A DNA stretch of 63,855 nucleotides, counting the filler, from Octopus bimaculoides (lineage: Eukaryota): assembly GCF_001194135.2 (NCBI RefSeq). It is 5 parts of 4 records of this genome, joined end to end, with 100 filler letters (N's around TTAATTAATTAA, not from the genome) between each part and the next. Parts side by side here need not be neighbours in the genome. Positions count along the whole stretch, not along the records: positions 20,446 to 48,149 come from NC_068988.1; positions 48,250 to 57,012 come from NC_068987.1; 3 more parts are not named here. One strand, 5' to 3'. The notes beneath the pieces are model-generated. The model saw only the letters and a list, made by a program, of their open reading frames with translations. It did not search any database and was not told the DNA's origin. This document shows, one piece after another, positions 36,645 through 50,057 of this stretch. A program made the translations under genes and the position numbers. The first letter of the stretch is position 1. Each line of letters begins with the position of its first letter.

Positions 36645-38222
36645 GCATTGGTCGTCGATCGGAATACCAAGTCCACGTACTCGAATGATGAACCAGATTC
36701 GTTGCAAGAAATTAGCTACTGGTTCAAATCTTCCCGAAACACAGGAGCTGGAAGTACCCCACAACAGGAATATTCCAACAGATGGCCATCCATGCTTGTC
36801 ATCAAATAATCAAAAGAAAAAGAATGAAAATGGTCAAGGGGAGATAATAAAGAAGTTCTTACGGCCTTGTACCATGCCATATATTTCCCCACACATAAAT
36901 CTAATACTGTACAAACCTTCTTAAACTGGAGACAGAAACACCTTGAAGTAAGACCCTACATAGACAGTAACAAACTTGTCAACGTCAGAAGAAACATTAT
37001 GAAAAAGAAATTACTAACTGAAGTAGAGATTGACCAAATTAAACAAGCAGTAAGGGATAAAAGGAACGAAGCTGCAGCTAAAGAAGATACTACAGAGGAA
37101 ATAATTATAGTCCAGCCAAGGGCTGATGAAAATACAGTAATGATTGAAAGAGTTAATGTAACTGATAGGCAAAGTGATATACTCTCTGAACTAACCATAA
37201 ACACTAAAATCAAATAGATGAAGAAAGTCACACAGAAATTGACCCAACAGAACTACATGATCTAAAAAATCAAATCATGGTTGAATGGCTGAAATTAAAG
37301 AAACCAATATGAATGAACGCGACATTCCCCCAAAAATTCGCAATTCTAACCAAAACCTGAAAATAATTGGTAAAATCCACCTTGCACTTAAGGATATACT
37401 TTCAGCTAATGATGATATTACAGATCTCAACCACCTGTACTATGCATCCGAGAAAATCTCAACGATTCTATGTTGTGAAAAGATTAGAAAACGACAACAT
37501 TCCAGTAAAAATCCTACTTGGCAAGAGCGTATTCAACACCAAATTCAGTTACGTAGGTCTGACATAGAGTGTTTTAAAAAAAACCTTAAGTTTGACAAGA
37601 CTATCAAACCTACAAAAACCCGAAAATTAAAGAGAAAATGTAATATGAAAACTATATTTGACATTGATACCACCATAGAAACCATCAAGCAAAAGGTATG
37701 TGCTAAAGCTGCCCGCATAGCAAAGTATGAAAAGTGCGTTAGATTCTTCGAGGACAACATGTAAAAAAATAACCCAAAAAATTTTTATAGGAAGATAGGA
37801 AAAATACCAGTTACAGTAAAGTCTGTCCCATCAAAAGAAGAAGTGCGGGAATTCTGGAATAAAATTTGGACAGAAGAAAAAAACACACAATGAAAAGCCC
37901 CTTGGATTGATAGAATATCAACAGGCTTAGACTCCTTAGAAGAGCAAAAGTGGGAGGGTATCAAGGTATAGGATGTAATATCTGCTCTCAGGAAATCAAG
38001 CAAATGGAAGTCTCCAGGAAAGGATAAAATTCCTTACTTCTTGTTGAATGCCTTCCCAGAGAGCCATGAACTGCTAACAAAATTTTACAACAATGTTTTG
38101 CAACAACCTAGTATGATTCCTTCTTGGCTAGTTAATGGTGTAACATTTCTAGTTACAAAACATGAAGAAACAAATGAACCAAAACATTATAGGCCCATAA
38201 CATGCTTAATAACAATGTACAA
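36645..38222 (+). mobile_element. R4/Dong subfamily A, 5' ~1.6 kb (third copy), ending in early RT
   Basis: Collinear with the reverse complement of about 16050-17640; ends ..NEPKHYRPITCLITMYK at an AAT/GAT repeat. Confidence 0.88.
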
Positions 38223-38237
38223 AGGCAATGATGATGA

Positions 38238-38268
<31 letters not shown>

Positions 38269-38300
38269 AATGATGATGATGATGATAACAATAATAATAA

Positions 38301-38513
38301 TGGCTTTAAATTTTGCCGCAAGGGCAGTAGCTTTGGGGGAGGGGTTAAGTCGATCACATGGACTCCAGTGTTCAACTGGTACTTATTTTATCGACTCCGA
38401 AAGGATGAAAGGCAAAGTCGACCTCGGCGGAATTTGAGCTCAGAACGAAGCGGAGGACGAAATGCCACTAAGCATTTCGCCCGGCGTGCTAACGATTCTA
38501 CCAGCTCGCCTCC
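38301..38513 (-). mobile_element. SINE-A embedded in TAA/GAT repeats
   Basis: Full head-to-tail match to the other copies; flanked by (AAT)n on both sides. Confidence 0.85.
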
Positions 38514-38569
<56 letters not shown>

Positions 38570-38570
<1 letters not shown>

Positions 38571-39886
38571 GACAGGAAAACAAGAAAAATAATGACAGGA
38601 TATAGGATGCACCACCCAAAATCTGACATAGAAAGGCTATATATACAACGCACAGAAGGTGGCAGGGGTCTTATACAGCTAGAAAACTATTATAAAATAA
38701 CCACCATAGGACTGCAAAAATACCTACTCCAGAAGCAAGGGAAACTAATACAAATAGCCACAAAACACGAGCAAAACAAAAAACTGTTTTCAGNNNNNNN
38801 NNNNNNNNNNNNNNNNNNNNNNNNNNNNNNNNNNNNNNNNNNNNNNNNNNNNNNNNNNNNNNNNNNNNNNNNNNNNNNNNNNNNNNNNNNNNNNNNNNNN
38901 NNNNNNNNNNNNNNNNNNNNNNNNNNNNNNNNNNNNNNNNNNNNNNNNNNNNNNNNNNNNNNNNNNNNNNNNNNNNNNNNNNNNNNNNNNNNNNNNNNNN
39001 NNNNNNNNNNNNNNNNNNNNNNNNNNNNNNNNNNNNNNNNNNNNNNNNNNNNNNNNNNNNNNNNNNNNNNNNNNNNNNNNNNNNNNNNNNNNNNNNNNNN
39101 NNNNNNNNNNNNNNNNNNNNNNNNNNNNNNNNNNNNNNNNNNNNNNNNNNNNNNNNNNNNNNNNNNNNNNNNNNNNNNNNNNNNNNNNNNNNNNNNNNNN
39201 NNNNNNNNNNNNNNNNNNNNNNNNNNNNNNNNNNNNNNNNNNNNNNNNNNNNNNNNNNNNNNNNNNNNNNNNNNNNNNNNNNNNNNNNNNNNNNNNNNNN
39301 NNNNNNNNNNNNNNNNNNNNNNNNNNNNNNNNNNNNNNNNNNNNNNNNNNNNNNNNNNNNNNNNNNNNNNNNNNNNNNNNNNNNNNNNNNNNNNNNNNNN
39401 NNNNNNNNNNNNNNNNNNNNNNNNNNNNNNNNNNNNNNNNNNNNNNNNNNNNNNNNNNNNNNNNNNNNNNNNNNNNNNNNNNNNNNNNNNNNNNNNNNNN
39501 NNNNNNNNNNNNNNNNNNNNNNNNNNNNNNNNNNNNNNNNNNNNNNNNNNNNNNNNNNNNNNNNNNNNNNNNNNNNNNNNNNNACAAAGACCTGGAAATA
39601 GAGATAACTCGAATGTGGAATCTAAAAACAGAAACAATTCCTATCATAGTAGGTGCCTTAGGTATAATAAAAAAATATTCAGACAAATACATAACAAAAA
39701 CACCAGGACTTAGAAATATATATAACATACAGAAAATTGCACTACTGGGTACTGCACACATTCTACGCAAAACACTTTCAATACAGTAAACATAAGAGCA
39801 CCACAGCAAACCACAGCACATACCCAAGGCGCACAGAGCTGCGCTCGGTAGTGAAGTGAAAGCACGTTATAAAAATAAAACTACTG
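38570..39886 (+). mobile_element. R4/Dong subfamily C, 5'-truncated copy (gap inside)
   Basis: MTGYRMHHPKSDIERLYIQRTEGGRGLIQLENYY; after the gap, the RLE end (KDLEIEITRMW..LQK.ALLGTAHILRKTL-like) and 3' UTR. Between (TAA)n at 38516-38570 and 39887-39907. Confidence 0.88.
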
Positions 39887-39904
39887 AATAATAATAATAA
39901 TAAT

Positions 39905-40390
39905 AATATTTTGCAACAACCTAGTACGATTATAATACTAATAATGTTTTGCAACAGCCTAGTATGATTCCCTCTTGGCTAGTTAATGGTGTTACATTTC
40001 TGCTTCCAAAAAATGAAGAAACAAATGAACCAAGAAAGTATTAAAACAATACTTGTTGTCATAGGTGCCCTAGGAATGATAGCAAAAAGTGCTGATTGCT
40101 ACCTAGCTCAGATACCAAGGAACCCCAAAGTGGCAGAAATTCAAAAGATAATGCTCATGGGAACTGCCCATATCCTATATAAAATACTGTCTATGTAATC
40201 TCAAATTTTAAAACAAACTCATAATTTTCTTGTTTTCTTAAACATTCTCTAGAACAATACTATGTACAAAACCAAATATATGACACCCTGGGAATAACAC
40301 CAACATTGACTTCTAACTTGTTGTCTCTTGAAGGTCTCTGGGTGAGACTTGGAGCCAACTTGTAGAAATACAAAGCAAAAGTCAAGCATA
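39905..40390 (+). mobile_element. R4/Dong subfamily A, internally deleted copy with duplicated 5' junction
   Basis: The early-RT segment (QQPSMIPSWLVNGVTFLLPKNEETNEP) is fused at about 40041 to the RLE end (KTILVVIGALGMIAK..LMGTAHILYKILSM*), then 3' UTR and a (TAA)n tail. Confidence 0.82.
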
Positions 40391-40394
40391 TAAC

Positions 40395-40437
<43 letters not shown>

Positions 40438-40696
40438 GTAATAATAATAACGATGACGATGATGATGATGATTTCATTTATTTGTCACAAGGGCGAAGGA
40501 TGAGGGGGACAATACAAAGACAGACATAAAGTGTGGGGATTAACATATAATGAAAAGATGAACTTTTAAAAAAAGATTACGTATACATAGTATACACTGA
40601 AAAAGAAGGGACATATACATAGTATACAAAGGTTAGAAAAAATAGTATGTGTGATAGAAATGCAGTACTTCCCCGCCACTATAATAATAATAATAA

Positions 40697-41108
40697 TACC
40701 AGGCAGTGGCTCTCATGGCTTTTGATCTTAACAAATTGGAAGTGTATATTGTATATTGTTTTTGTCTTAGTATAAAAGATGGGCTAGAGCAAATAGTCTG
40801 CCCAAGACCATAGATTTGCTTTATCAGTTGCTTGACCTAAACCAGTTGAGCATGTCGCTTAGTGGCTGACGATATGTGCATCTCTGATCATGAGCAGAAG
40901 TAGTGGGAGAGCATCATAGCCATGTTTTGAGAGGAATTCTTTGGGGTTTGAATAATTCACCTCTGGAAACTGGGGTGTTTTGTTCAACATCCTTAAACAA
41001 ACCTTATTCCGGGACCGTTTGAGCGGGATAGGTTACTCAACTTGAAGAAAATTCTAACTGGACCCCACCTGCAAGGTCATGCGCTGTTTATTTTGATATA
41101 AGATCACC
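40697..41108 (+). mobile_element. ~650-bp TAA-flanked repeat, copy 3 (3'-truncated)
   Basis: Begins TACCAGGCAGTGGCTCTCATGGC directly after (ATA)n; reverse-complement homologous to copies 1 and 2. Confidence 0.8.
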
Positions 41109-41599
41109 CAACTTCATTTGGGTTCCTATCACCTTCTCAATCAACAACACATTGTTATTACTTTCGTCTTTCTTCATTTTGTTTATTCAGTTCTTCGTTT
41201 GTTTTGTGAAGAACTGTGAACTTCAATTTGACATCAAGGGAGATGAGCTTCTCTTCACAATTTTTACTTTGCCTTAGTCCGGGTTCTTTATCTATTCTTT
41301 CTTACTGTCTCCTGCAGTCTATCACCTATGTTGGCTTCATTATCACAAGACGATGGAGTGGTAATGCCCACCTCCTGGCCAGCACCTGAAAAATAAAAGC
41401 AAAGCGATCTCCGACAGCTTACAAAAAAACAATCAACCACACAAACTCCAAATTTGGTGCTAGTGAGGAGGTCCAACAAAGATTTGATTTCCTTCATAAC
41501 CCAAAATAAAGAGATTGAGAGAAGGGGTGCAGTATATGACACCAATACTTTTAAAGTGCTGGAAAAGTTATTGTTAATGCGTATACCGCTAACAGTATT

Positions 41600-42152
41600 T
41601 AAAAAAAAAATTAGGGAGGTTTTCACTTACGACGTGGAACCCCTAATGTAAAAGCCACCAACGGACTTTTAAAGAGGTTCCCAGGGGAACCCCAACCAGA
41701 GCCAGAGGTCGGTCCATCCGACCACTAACAACACCGAGTGGTTATGTAACCCCGCCCTTCTCCTTCTTCTCAACCCTTTTCGGCCGACATAGCGACTATT
41801 AGAGTAGGTTCTATAAATGTTCGTGGCCTGGAGTTGTCCTGGAAGCAGGGTTGCTTGCTCCATGGCCTCAAGTCGCTAAGGTTGGATGTAATAGCCGCCA
41901 GTGAGACCAAGGTTTCAAACATGCTCACACTATCCCCCATTTTTAAAGGCTTTGAGATCTACACATTACTGGCTTGATCTAGAATGGGAAGCAGGGTAGC
42001 AGTGCTGTTTAGGAAAGGCCTGGATCTCGAGGTACGGACGATCTTTCTTGACCCGGACGGTAAGTTGATGGTCCTGGGTGTAAGAAATAGCGAAAGCGGT
42101 GTTTTATATTTGTCGCTGTGTACGTCCTGACTGGAGCGGGGAAATCAGATTT
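41600..42152 (+). mobile_element. L1/Tx1 fragment: ORF1 end and AP-endonuclease N-terminus
   Basis: TIRVGSINVRGL..GLKSLRLDVIAASETK..VAVLFRKGLDL..DPDGKLMVL..VAVY (N.RG and ET motifs of APE). Confidence 0.85.
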
Positions 42153-42159
42153 CTCAAGT

Positions 42160-43470
42160 GAATCATCGCTCTTCGTTTCACAGAAGTAGGATTTCTAACG
42201 TTTTACTATCAGTCGCAGTAGATATCTATCAAGAGGCTCCCGATCAAGCTTGGCATATGATGATAAAGGTATATGGGAAGACCATCGATTCCCCGGCGAC
42301 TTCTCCCTTGTGCAATCAGTCATCATTTCTCTTATTTCATAAATTGTTAACTTTTCGCAGAACTCTACATCACTTGCCGACAGTCGCAGCAGATCGTCAA
42401 AGTGAGCGGTAAAGTCCATCCCGCCTCCGATCAACCACCCGTCCCAAACAGTTGAACAAAATACCTCTAAAATACCACACATAACTGCTCTTCCTCATGT
42501 AGCACGTGTCCCTCTTGATCCGTCAAAACCTTGTTGCCACGTTGCCCCTCTCCCATGAGGGCTCATCGAACACCTTTCGTTCTTCCAATTCTTTAGAGCA
42601 CCGCCCTAGCTCTGATAACACAATCTTCGTGATTCGCGTTGAAGAACCTTACCGCCAGTACGTTAGTCGCAATACTTTTCCTAAGCACTTATTCGTGTTG
42701 CTAACTAGCTCTTCTGCTCGAGAATTCTCCGTCTTACTAACCCTTACCTACTCTAATGTAATAGCCATTTTCAGGATTAATCAAAATCGGTTACTGATGA
42801 TTGCCCAATCCGTTCTCTAATAGTCTCGTAAACTGTATGTGCTGGGGAAAACGCGTTTAGTTTCCAATATCCAGGTCCCTATCTATGCAACCTGAGATCG
42901 ATCATACAGCCTTGTGGTTTGTGTAGCCGATCAATTTGAATTGTGGATACACTATGCTATCCTTATCTGCTGGCCAACAGATGTGGCACCTCGGTCGTCT
43001 GCCCTCCACAATTATTCTTAACTCCTCCCCATTCGGCAGGGAGATAAGGTCTTCTTGGGTGCTAAGGCTTTACACAGAGGAGCGTTGTGGTACTAAACTA
43101 GTTCTCCTGCTTCGTTCTCTTCATATCCAGTGATGTTCCACTTCCCGCAGCATTATGCAATATACACCAGAACTCTAGCTCCTGTAAGACTTCATTACTG
43201 TTACCTTTACTGCCTTTCTTTCCAAATAAGTGGGCAAAGGAGCGAAATCTGCGACGAGTGACTACTGAATGTTGTATTGCAAGGCCGGGCTTCAGTCTTA
43301 AAGAGGACCTCGACCGGCCAAACAGCAATGCTCAAGATATATCTTGTCACACATCGTGGAGTCCGCTTTCTACTGTCTCCAGGCGACGAGGTGTTAAACT
43401 CACGCAACATTATGTAACAGTCTTTCTAGCAATCGCTCAATTTTCCTAAAATCCTGTGGCGTCTTCTAAT
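42160..43470 (-). mobile_element. L1/Tx1 fragment: ORF1 part, APE C-terminus, linker and RT start
   Basis: IVEGRRPRCHIC (ORF1 knuckle start) joined to CPQFKLIGYTNHKAV (SDH motif), then ..CEKLTIYEIREMM..REKSPG. Confidence 0.75.
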
Positions 43471-43914
43471 TTGGTAAAAGTTGCTGCTGCTGCTATTGCT
43501 GTTGTTTTCCGCAATAGCTGTGGTGCACTTAACTGGACTTTGAACTTACAAATTTTTGCTCTTTTTGAAGACTGAAGGGGATGACATTGACACGTACTGC
43601 ACTTGTCTTTGTGAGTTACTTCTCACCTCTCCTTTCAGTTTGCTGGTTGTGGAAGCCGACATGATTGTAAGAAATTGTATTTTTCAAAACAAAATTTGAA
43701 AATTTTGTTTTCTAACTAGCATGAGCTCCACACGGGTGGGAAACGAAAAAGCCAGCTAGCCGTTTTCAGGTTGGTTTTAAACAAATGTTATATAATACAA
43801 TTTCAACAATTAACAACTTCTGAACATGTAAACAGACGAAAACACGAACGACTCGAAGCGACATGTTACTGCCACCACCATCATCACAACAACAATAGTT
43901 AAAAACAACAATAA

Positions 43915-44397
43915 TAATCCTTTCTACTATAGGCACAAGGCCTGGATTTTATGGGGAAGGTGATAGTCGATCACATCGATCCAAGTACTCAGCTGATACA
44001 TAATTTATCGGCTCCAAAAGGATGAAAGGTGAAGTCGACCTCGGCGAATTTGAACTCAGAACGTAGAGACAGACGAAATACTGCTAAGCATTTCGCGCAG
44101 CGTGCAAACGATTCTGCCAGCTCGCCGCCTTGATGATAATAATAATAATGATAGTAATAATAATAATATTAATAATAATAATAATAATAGTTTCAAATTT
44201 TGCCACACGGACAGCAACTTTGGGAAGAGGTTAAGTCGATTAGATCGACCGCAGTGCACAACTGGTACTTATTTTATCGACTCCGAAAGGATCAAAGGCA
44301 AAGTCGGCCTTGGCGGAATTTGAACTCAGAAGGTAGCGGCAGACGAAATACCGCTAAGCATTTCACCCGGCGTGCTAACGATTCTGCCAGCTCGTCG
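43915..44397 (-). mobile_element. Two tandem SINE-A copies separated by (TAA)n
   Basis: Copies at about 43915-44130 and 44188-44397; AAT repeat at 44131-44188. Confidence 0.85.
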
Positions 44398-44399
44398 CT

Positions 44400-44484
44400 T
44401 CAGACGGGTAGTCATGATGGGTATAATGGGCTTCGTATATTTTACCCCAGTGTCACTTTGATGGCATGCACTGCTCTCTCACTC
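44400..44484 (+). mobile_element. ~650-bp TAA-flanked repeat, 3'-terminal fragment (copy 4) with TAA tail
   Basis: TCAGACGGGTAGTCATGATGGGTAT..GCACTGCTCTCTCACTC-AATAATAAT. Confidence 0.8.
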
Positions 44485-46387
44485 AATAATAATAATGATA
44501 ACAATAATAATAATAATGGCACATGGCCAGCATGTTCGCGAGAGAAATTTTTAGGGAGTAAGTCTCTTACATCAGTACTTGACAGATAATATATTCAGCA
44601 GAGCCTAAATGGAAGAAAAATAAAGTTGACCTCGCTGGAATTTGAACCCAAGACATAAAGAAACGGAACAAATACCACAAAGTTTTTCGCTTTGTTTTGT
44701 TTCTTCCAATGTTCTAACAATTCTGACAATAGTTTCTAACATAGGGACAAGACTAGGAATTTTTGAAAAGAGATTAGTCGATTATGTCGACCCCACGAAG
44801 GATAAAAGAAAAAGTTAACTTCGGCGAGATTTGAACTCAGAAGGAATATTGTCCAGTGCCGTGGGAATTCAATGTTTTATAAAATATCTTATTCCTATTT
44901 TGAAGTATGTTTATTGGTCGTTATAATATAGATTCATTATGTTATCAATCAATTTTTTGTTAAGTCTTGCTCTCTCTAGAATATCTCCGAATGGTTTGAG
45001 AAGGTACAGAATAGAATAGTGTGTTTTCCTTTCCCTTTCTCTTTTAATCTTTATTGCGAAAACTTTGGTGTCTTTAAAAGTTTCAATTAACTGCCCTTCT
45101 CTTACGAAGTGACATCCAAATTTTATTTTTTATTTTATCTACAGAGCAGGAAGCTATATAAAATAAAATGCGAAAGCGCATTAATCAAGTTATTTCCCTT
45201 GTCTAACCTGTCATTTAACGCAATCTCGTCCCTGTTTACCTCTGTTAATTGCACGAATTTATATGATTAACGATTTAGTAGAGTTCTTTGGATAAACAAA
45301 CCGTTTTTTTTTTAAGAAATAAACTTTCGACTACATAGATACTTAAGTGTCTTCTACTTTAGCCTTGATTTCGCCAATAACATACAAGAAGAACCTGGAA
45401 ACGGAAATTATAATAAATCCTTACTGAGTTTCATGGTTCAATACTAAAATAATTTATTTCGATTTAAACTGTTGGCGATGGCGCCCAAGCAAGACCACAG
45501 TCGAATGACTGGGAGTAGTGAAAAAGTAAACAAATTAAATAGAGGTTTACATATTTTGATATAAACGTTTGACTTTTTGACGAAATTGGTTTCATTTGGC
45601 CGATAGCAATAGTAAACTGGCTGTAGTATTCATGTGGAGTGGTTTATATTATTGTTTTATGATTATAATGAACAATAAACGACATTCAGGCTCCACTTGC
45701 ATAATCTTCGGACGAAATCGTTCGAGTTATTCTGGTTAGAATAAAAAAAAACTTGACTAATTAGAAATTATATATCATGTTTATTTTTATTGATATTCTT
45801 TTGTTGTTGTTGTTGTTGTTGAGATGGCAGTGGTGGTGATGGTGTAGTGGAGGAGGAGGAAGAGGACGACGACGACTGCGATGACAAGTACGAGGTCCAC
45901 AACGACGATGATCGTGTTGTTCTTGTTGCTACGTTGTTATTGTTTTAGCTGTAATTTTTTCTCTAATTACATCTCTTATCATTTTTTTTTTTTTCAGAAT
46001 CACTATTCATAATGTTATTGGCGCCAACATTAGTAATACTGAAGGAACGAACACTAAATGAGTTGTGTTCAGCTATTATCTCGCATTAAAAAAAATAATA
46101 ATAACTGATCAATATTTAATGCAGAAAGATATGCATACAGAAATGGTAGGCTGTCAGACTAAATATCTTTGTTTCGTCTCTCTTCGGTCTGAGTTGAAAC
46201 CCCACAAACTTTGACCATACCCATCATCTCAATGGAGTGGATATGTTAGCTATTAGTTTTCTTACGAAAATTATTATTGGTGCAGGTGTGACTGTGGGGT
46301 ACGATGTTTGTTTCCTGTTCATTATACAATCCCACGGTGTGATACCTTTGGCAACTGTCTTCAACTATAGCCCCGGGGCGATTTGAT

Positions 46388-47125
46388 AGAGTGAAAAATG
46401 AAAGAAACCTGTCGAATGGCTCGCCACTTCATCCTTCGTGGATATCTTCTCACCACTATCTACACTGCTCTTGCCAGAGCACATTCCGTAGACCGTGCCT
46501 CTGCTCTTTCTCCCCGCACCCGCCCCGTCATTGCCCATCTCCCGTTTCCCCTCACCTACCATCCGTCCACCCTGCCCCTCTAACACACCATTCTCTGAGT
46601 CTTCCGGCGACTCCAGTCTGACTCCTTCACCTCGCACACCTTCCCCAACCTATTCCTTCCCTCCTTCAAACGAGCCCACACCCTGCATAACCTCCTGGTC
46701 CACAGTTTCTTCCCTAACCCCAACTCCCAGCCTGGCTCGTTCCCCTACTCCTGCCCATGCTGCCGTACTTGCCCCTACCTCTCCAACACCACCATCCTCA
46801 CAGGCACCCATCATCGTTCCTACCACATCACCGACTCCTTTACCTGCACTTCCAGTAAATTCATTTGCTGCATATCCTGCTCTTTCTGCCCTTCCCTGTA
46901 CATCGATCAAATGGGACGCCGCTTGGCTGGCCAGTTCGCAGAGCACCTCCGAGACATCAGATTCGGTAATGACACCCCGGTCTCGCGCCATTTCCGCTCT
47001 GCCGGTCATTCACTACATCTGTCTGTGTTCCGACTGTCTTTACAAAGGGGCCATCCGAACTCCTGCCTTCACCGTGAACAGGAATTAATCTTCTTTCTTT
47101 GCTCCTTTGCGCCATATGGACCCAA
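46388..47125 (+). mobile_element. Penelope-like element: RT thumb, linker and GIY-YIG endonuclease, degenerate
   Basis: RHFILRGY..LPFPLTYHP..SFKRAHTLHNLLV..CPCCRTCPYL..FTCTSSKFICCISCSFCPSLYIDQMGRRL..FAEHLRDIR..PVSRHF..REQELIFFL (GIY-YIG type C..C..YIGQT.R.L..R..EH). Confidence 0.85.
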
Positions 47126-47144
47126 CTCCCCTCCTCTTCATCTG

Positions 47145-47400
47145 ACTCTCCCCTCCTCTCCTCATCTGATTCCTCTCCTCTCTTCATCTGACACCTACTT
47201 CCTCTCTTCATCTGACATCTACTTCCTCTCTTCACTCCTACCCACCTCCTCTCTTCATTGATACCACCCCACCCGACACCCCACACTATCACCCCACACC
47301 CACACTCCACACCACTCCACACACTAGCACTGACCACCCCACCCGACACCCCACACCTACACTCCACACCACTCCACACACACTAGCACTGACCACTTCC
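47145..47400 (+). repeat. C-rich minisatellites after the Penelope ORF (24-bp unit x~3; ~60-bp unit x2)
   Basis: CTTCCTCTCTTCATCTGACA(C/T)CTA repeats, and CCCACCCGACACCCCACAC..CACTAGCACTGACCAC twice. Confidence 0.8.
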
Positions 47401-47479
47401 CAGCACCCACATCACACACGATCATCCACACACCCATATACCATCATCCACACACCCACACACAATCTTATATTGCAGC

Positions 47480-48149
47480 ATGCATGCACACACAGTTGCA
47501 AGAAATTTTGTATGCATAACACTTGTAACTTCAGAAAGGTCTGCACATAACCATCTGTCATATCTTCAGTTAATTTTTTGATCTTGGTCGAAGTTTTTCT
47601 CGTTTGAGAAAAACCAAATCTTCTGCTGGATTTTTAAGTTTAAAAGCCTTTATATCTGATGTAGTGCGTTTCTTTTGTTTTTTCTGACAAATTGGCTTTC
47701 CTCATCATAAAAGATTTTTATCTGATGTCTTCGTGGACAACATTTCTGACTGTTCCTTCTGATATATGGAGATCTTTTGCAATTGACTTCATGGAATTTT
47801 TGTGATTGTAATCAATGATCTGTTGAACTTGCTGGATAAACTCAGGTATTCTGATGATTTCAGAGCGTTGAGAATGCTTTTTATGTTTTGATACTGTTGA
47901 TATGTTTCCATCTTCAGTCTCTAGCTCCATACAAACTTTGTAGACAAAAGATTTCGCAACTTTTAAAAATCGAGATATTTCTCAATCGCTATGCTCAGCC
48001 TTTATAACCACAATATCAGCATGCCTCTTCATTTCTTGAGTAAGCTGAGGGTCTAGCATTATTATTTTCTGAAACAAAGATTATACAGAGTGAGCAAAAA
48101 ATGCAACGTCCCCAAAAAGGTGTGTCCTTAAATACCTTACACACCCTAT
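47480..48149 (-). mobile_element. maT/DD37D-type Tc1-mariner transposon, 5' part
   Basis: PEFIQQVQQII..SMKSIAKDLHISEGTVRNVVHEDIRYK, WFFSNEKNFDQDQKIN, DRWLC..V..VMHTKF.A; TIR-like TAGGGTGTGTAAGG at the gap edge. Confidence 0.8.
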
Positions 48150-48390
48150 NNNNNNNNNNNNNNNNNNNNNNNNNNNNNNNNNNNNNNNNNNNNTTAATTA
48201 ATTAANNNNNNNNNNNNNNNNNNNNNNNNNNNNNNNNNNNNNNNNNNNNGGAGCTGCACAAAACGATCGTACTGCATTACCTCTGGATATCCTTGTTGCT
48301 TATTTTGATCTTAATCACCTTACTTTGAAATTGTATGGATAATACCGTACTAAATTCTGGTGCCTCAACTTAAGTGCCATATTCATCTGA

Positions 48391-48424
<34 letters not shown>

Positions 48425-49092
48425 ATATATATATATATATATATACATATACATGTACAGTGATATATGGATGTGAGGCTCTGCTGCACGGAAGGAACCC
48501 ATGCGAAAGAAAAGTTGAAGCTCGGGAAGAGAAGTGGAGAGAGACAGGAAAAAGAAAAAAATATGAGAAAGAATCATTACAGTACAACACTGGCACAAAA
48601 TGCTTTTTGCTCTGTGAGAGAAGAAAATTAGTGTAACATTTTGTGAGGTAAGAAGAATGCAATTGATGTGGGTCCACGTGTCGCAGTGTGAAACGTGTAA
48701 ACGGAAGGAAGAGAAAAAGCGAAATATGAAGAAAAAAAAAATTAACAAGGAAAGCGAAAAAGAGGGGAAGGTCCGGGTTCAGGGAAACAAAAAAAAAAAG
48801 TGAACGAAAAATTAATTTAAAAAATTGGAAAAAATTAATTATGATACAATATTGATATTTAAAAAAATATTAGAAGTTTTGTGGGGGGGGGGCGTTTCAA
48901 GACAACACAATACGACACTGAGGGAACGTTTCTCAGTGAGATAAACTATATAAACAGTGAGATAAAGGGAAGATAGTCAGTGAGATAAATTATTACAGGC
49001 GAAAGGAATGTACTTATATGGAAAGTTGGACAAACGATTTTCATGATGTAACCAGGTCTTCACACACACACGCAATACATATACACATGCAT

Positions 49093-49147
<55 letters not shown>

Positions 49148-49277
49148 TGTGTGTGTGTATGTATAATGTAAATAGACGCATACACATATGTATACATATA
49201 TATATACATACATATTGTGAATAAACTAACTGGAAAATAAACATAAAAATTTGATTGTTAAAATTTTTCCTTCTCCT

Positions 49278-49337
<60 letters not shown>

Positions 49338-50057
49338 GTACATACTTACATATATATGTATATATATACGTATGTGTACATGTGCATGTGAGTTTGAGTA
49401 AGAAAACCTAATCGTTTAACTCGGAACTTACGAATTCAAAAGAATTCTTCGCTAAATACAGTGTATAAGAGTTTTATTCAATCTTCTCTCACAAAATGCA
49501 TAATATTTCAGCTATTACCAACGCTGTCTTAAAGAATGTTAGCTAAGAGCTAATCTTTCTTAATTACACCACTCAAACATGCTGTATTTATTTCTGTTGT
49601 TAAAAAATCTTCGTAAAGAACATAACCCACCTTTTCACACAACAGACTAAACTATTTTATGCTTGTTGTGTTTTTATGTCTATGATAACACCCAAACAAA
49701 GTTAAAATGTCACCTTGTTTACGAAAGAATCTTCCATTGGGACTTTAACAATTTGTTTTTATATCATGAGTTACCTTTTCTTGATTGTTTTATTATCACT
49801 TCTTGAATGTATAATACAACGTTCAATTTATCTATTTTGTTTTCTTTTCTTTCTGTTTACACGTACCACTGAGTAACTTTAATCATATAGCGGTCAATGT
49901 AGACAACCAATGAACGAACACGTGGTAAAATTTTGAATTTTGTGGTATATTCATTTTATTCTCTCTACTTTATATATACACACAGCAAATATATATATAC
50001 ATGAATACCTTTACACATACATGTATTTACACACATACACACACATGTTTGTATATA

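Noticed and set aside
46495-47088. 197-aa Pro/Ser/Thr-rich ORF (and the antisense 119-aa ORF)
   Set aside because: Alternative frames of a C-rich Penelope GIY-YIG region; the recognisable motifs are in another, interrupted frame.
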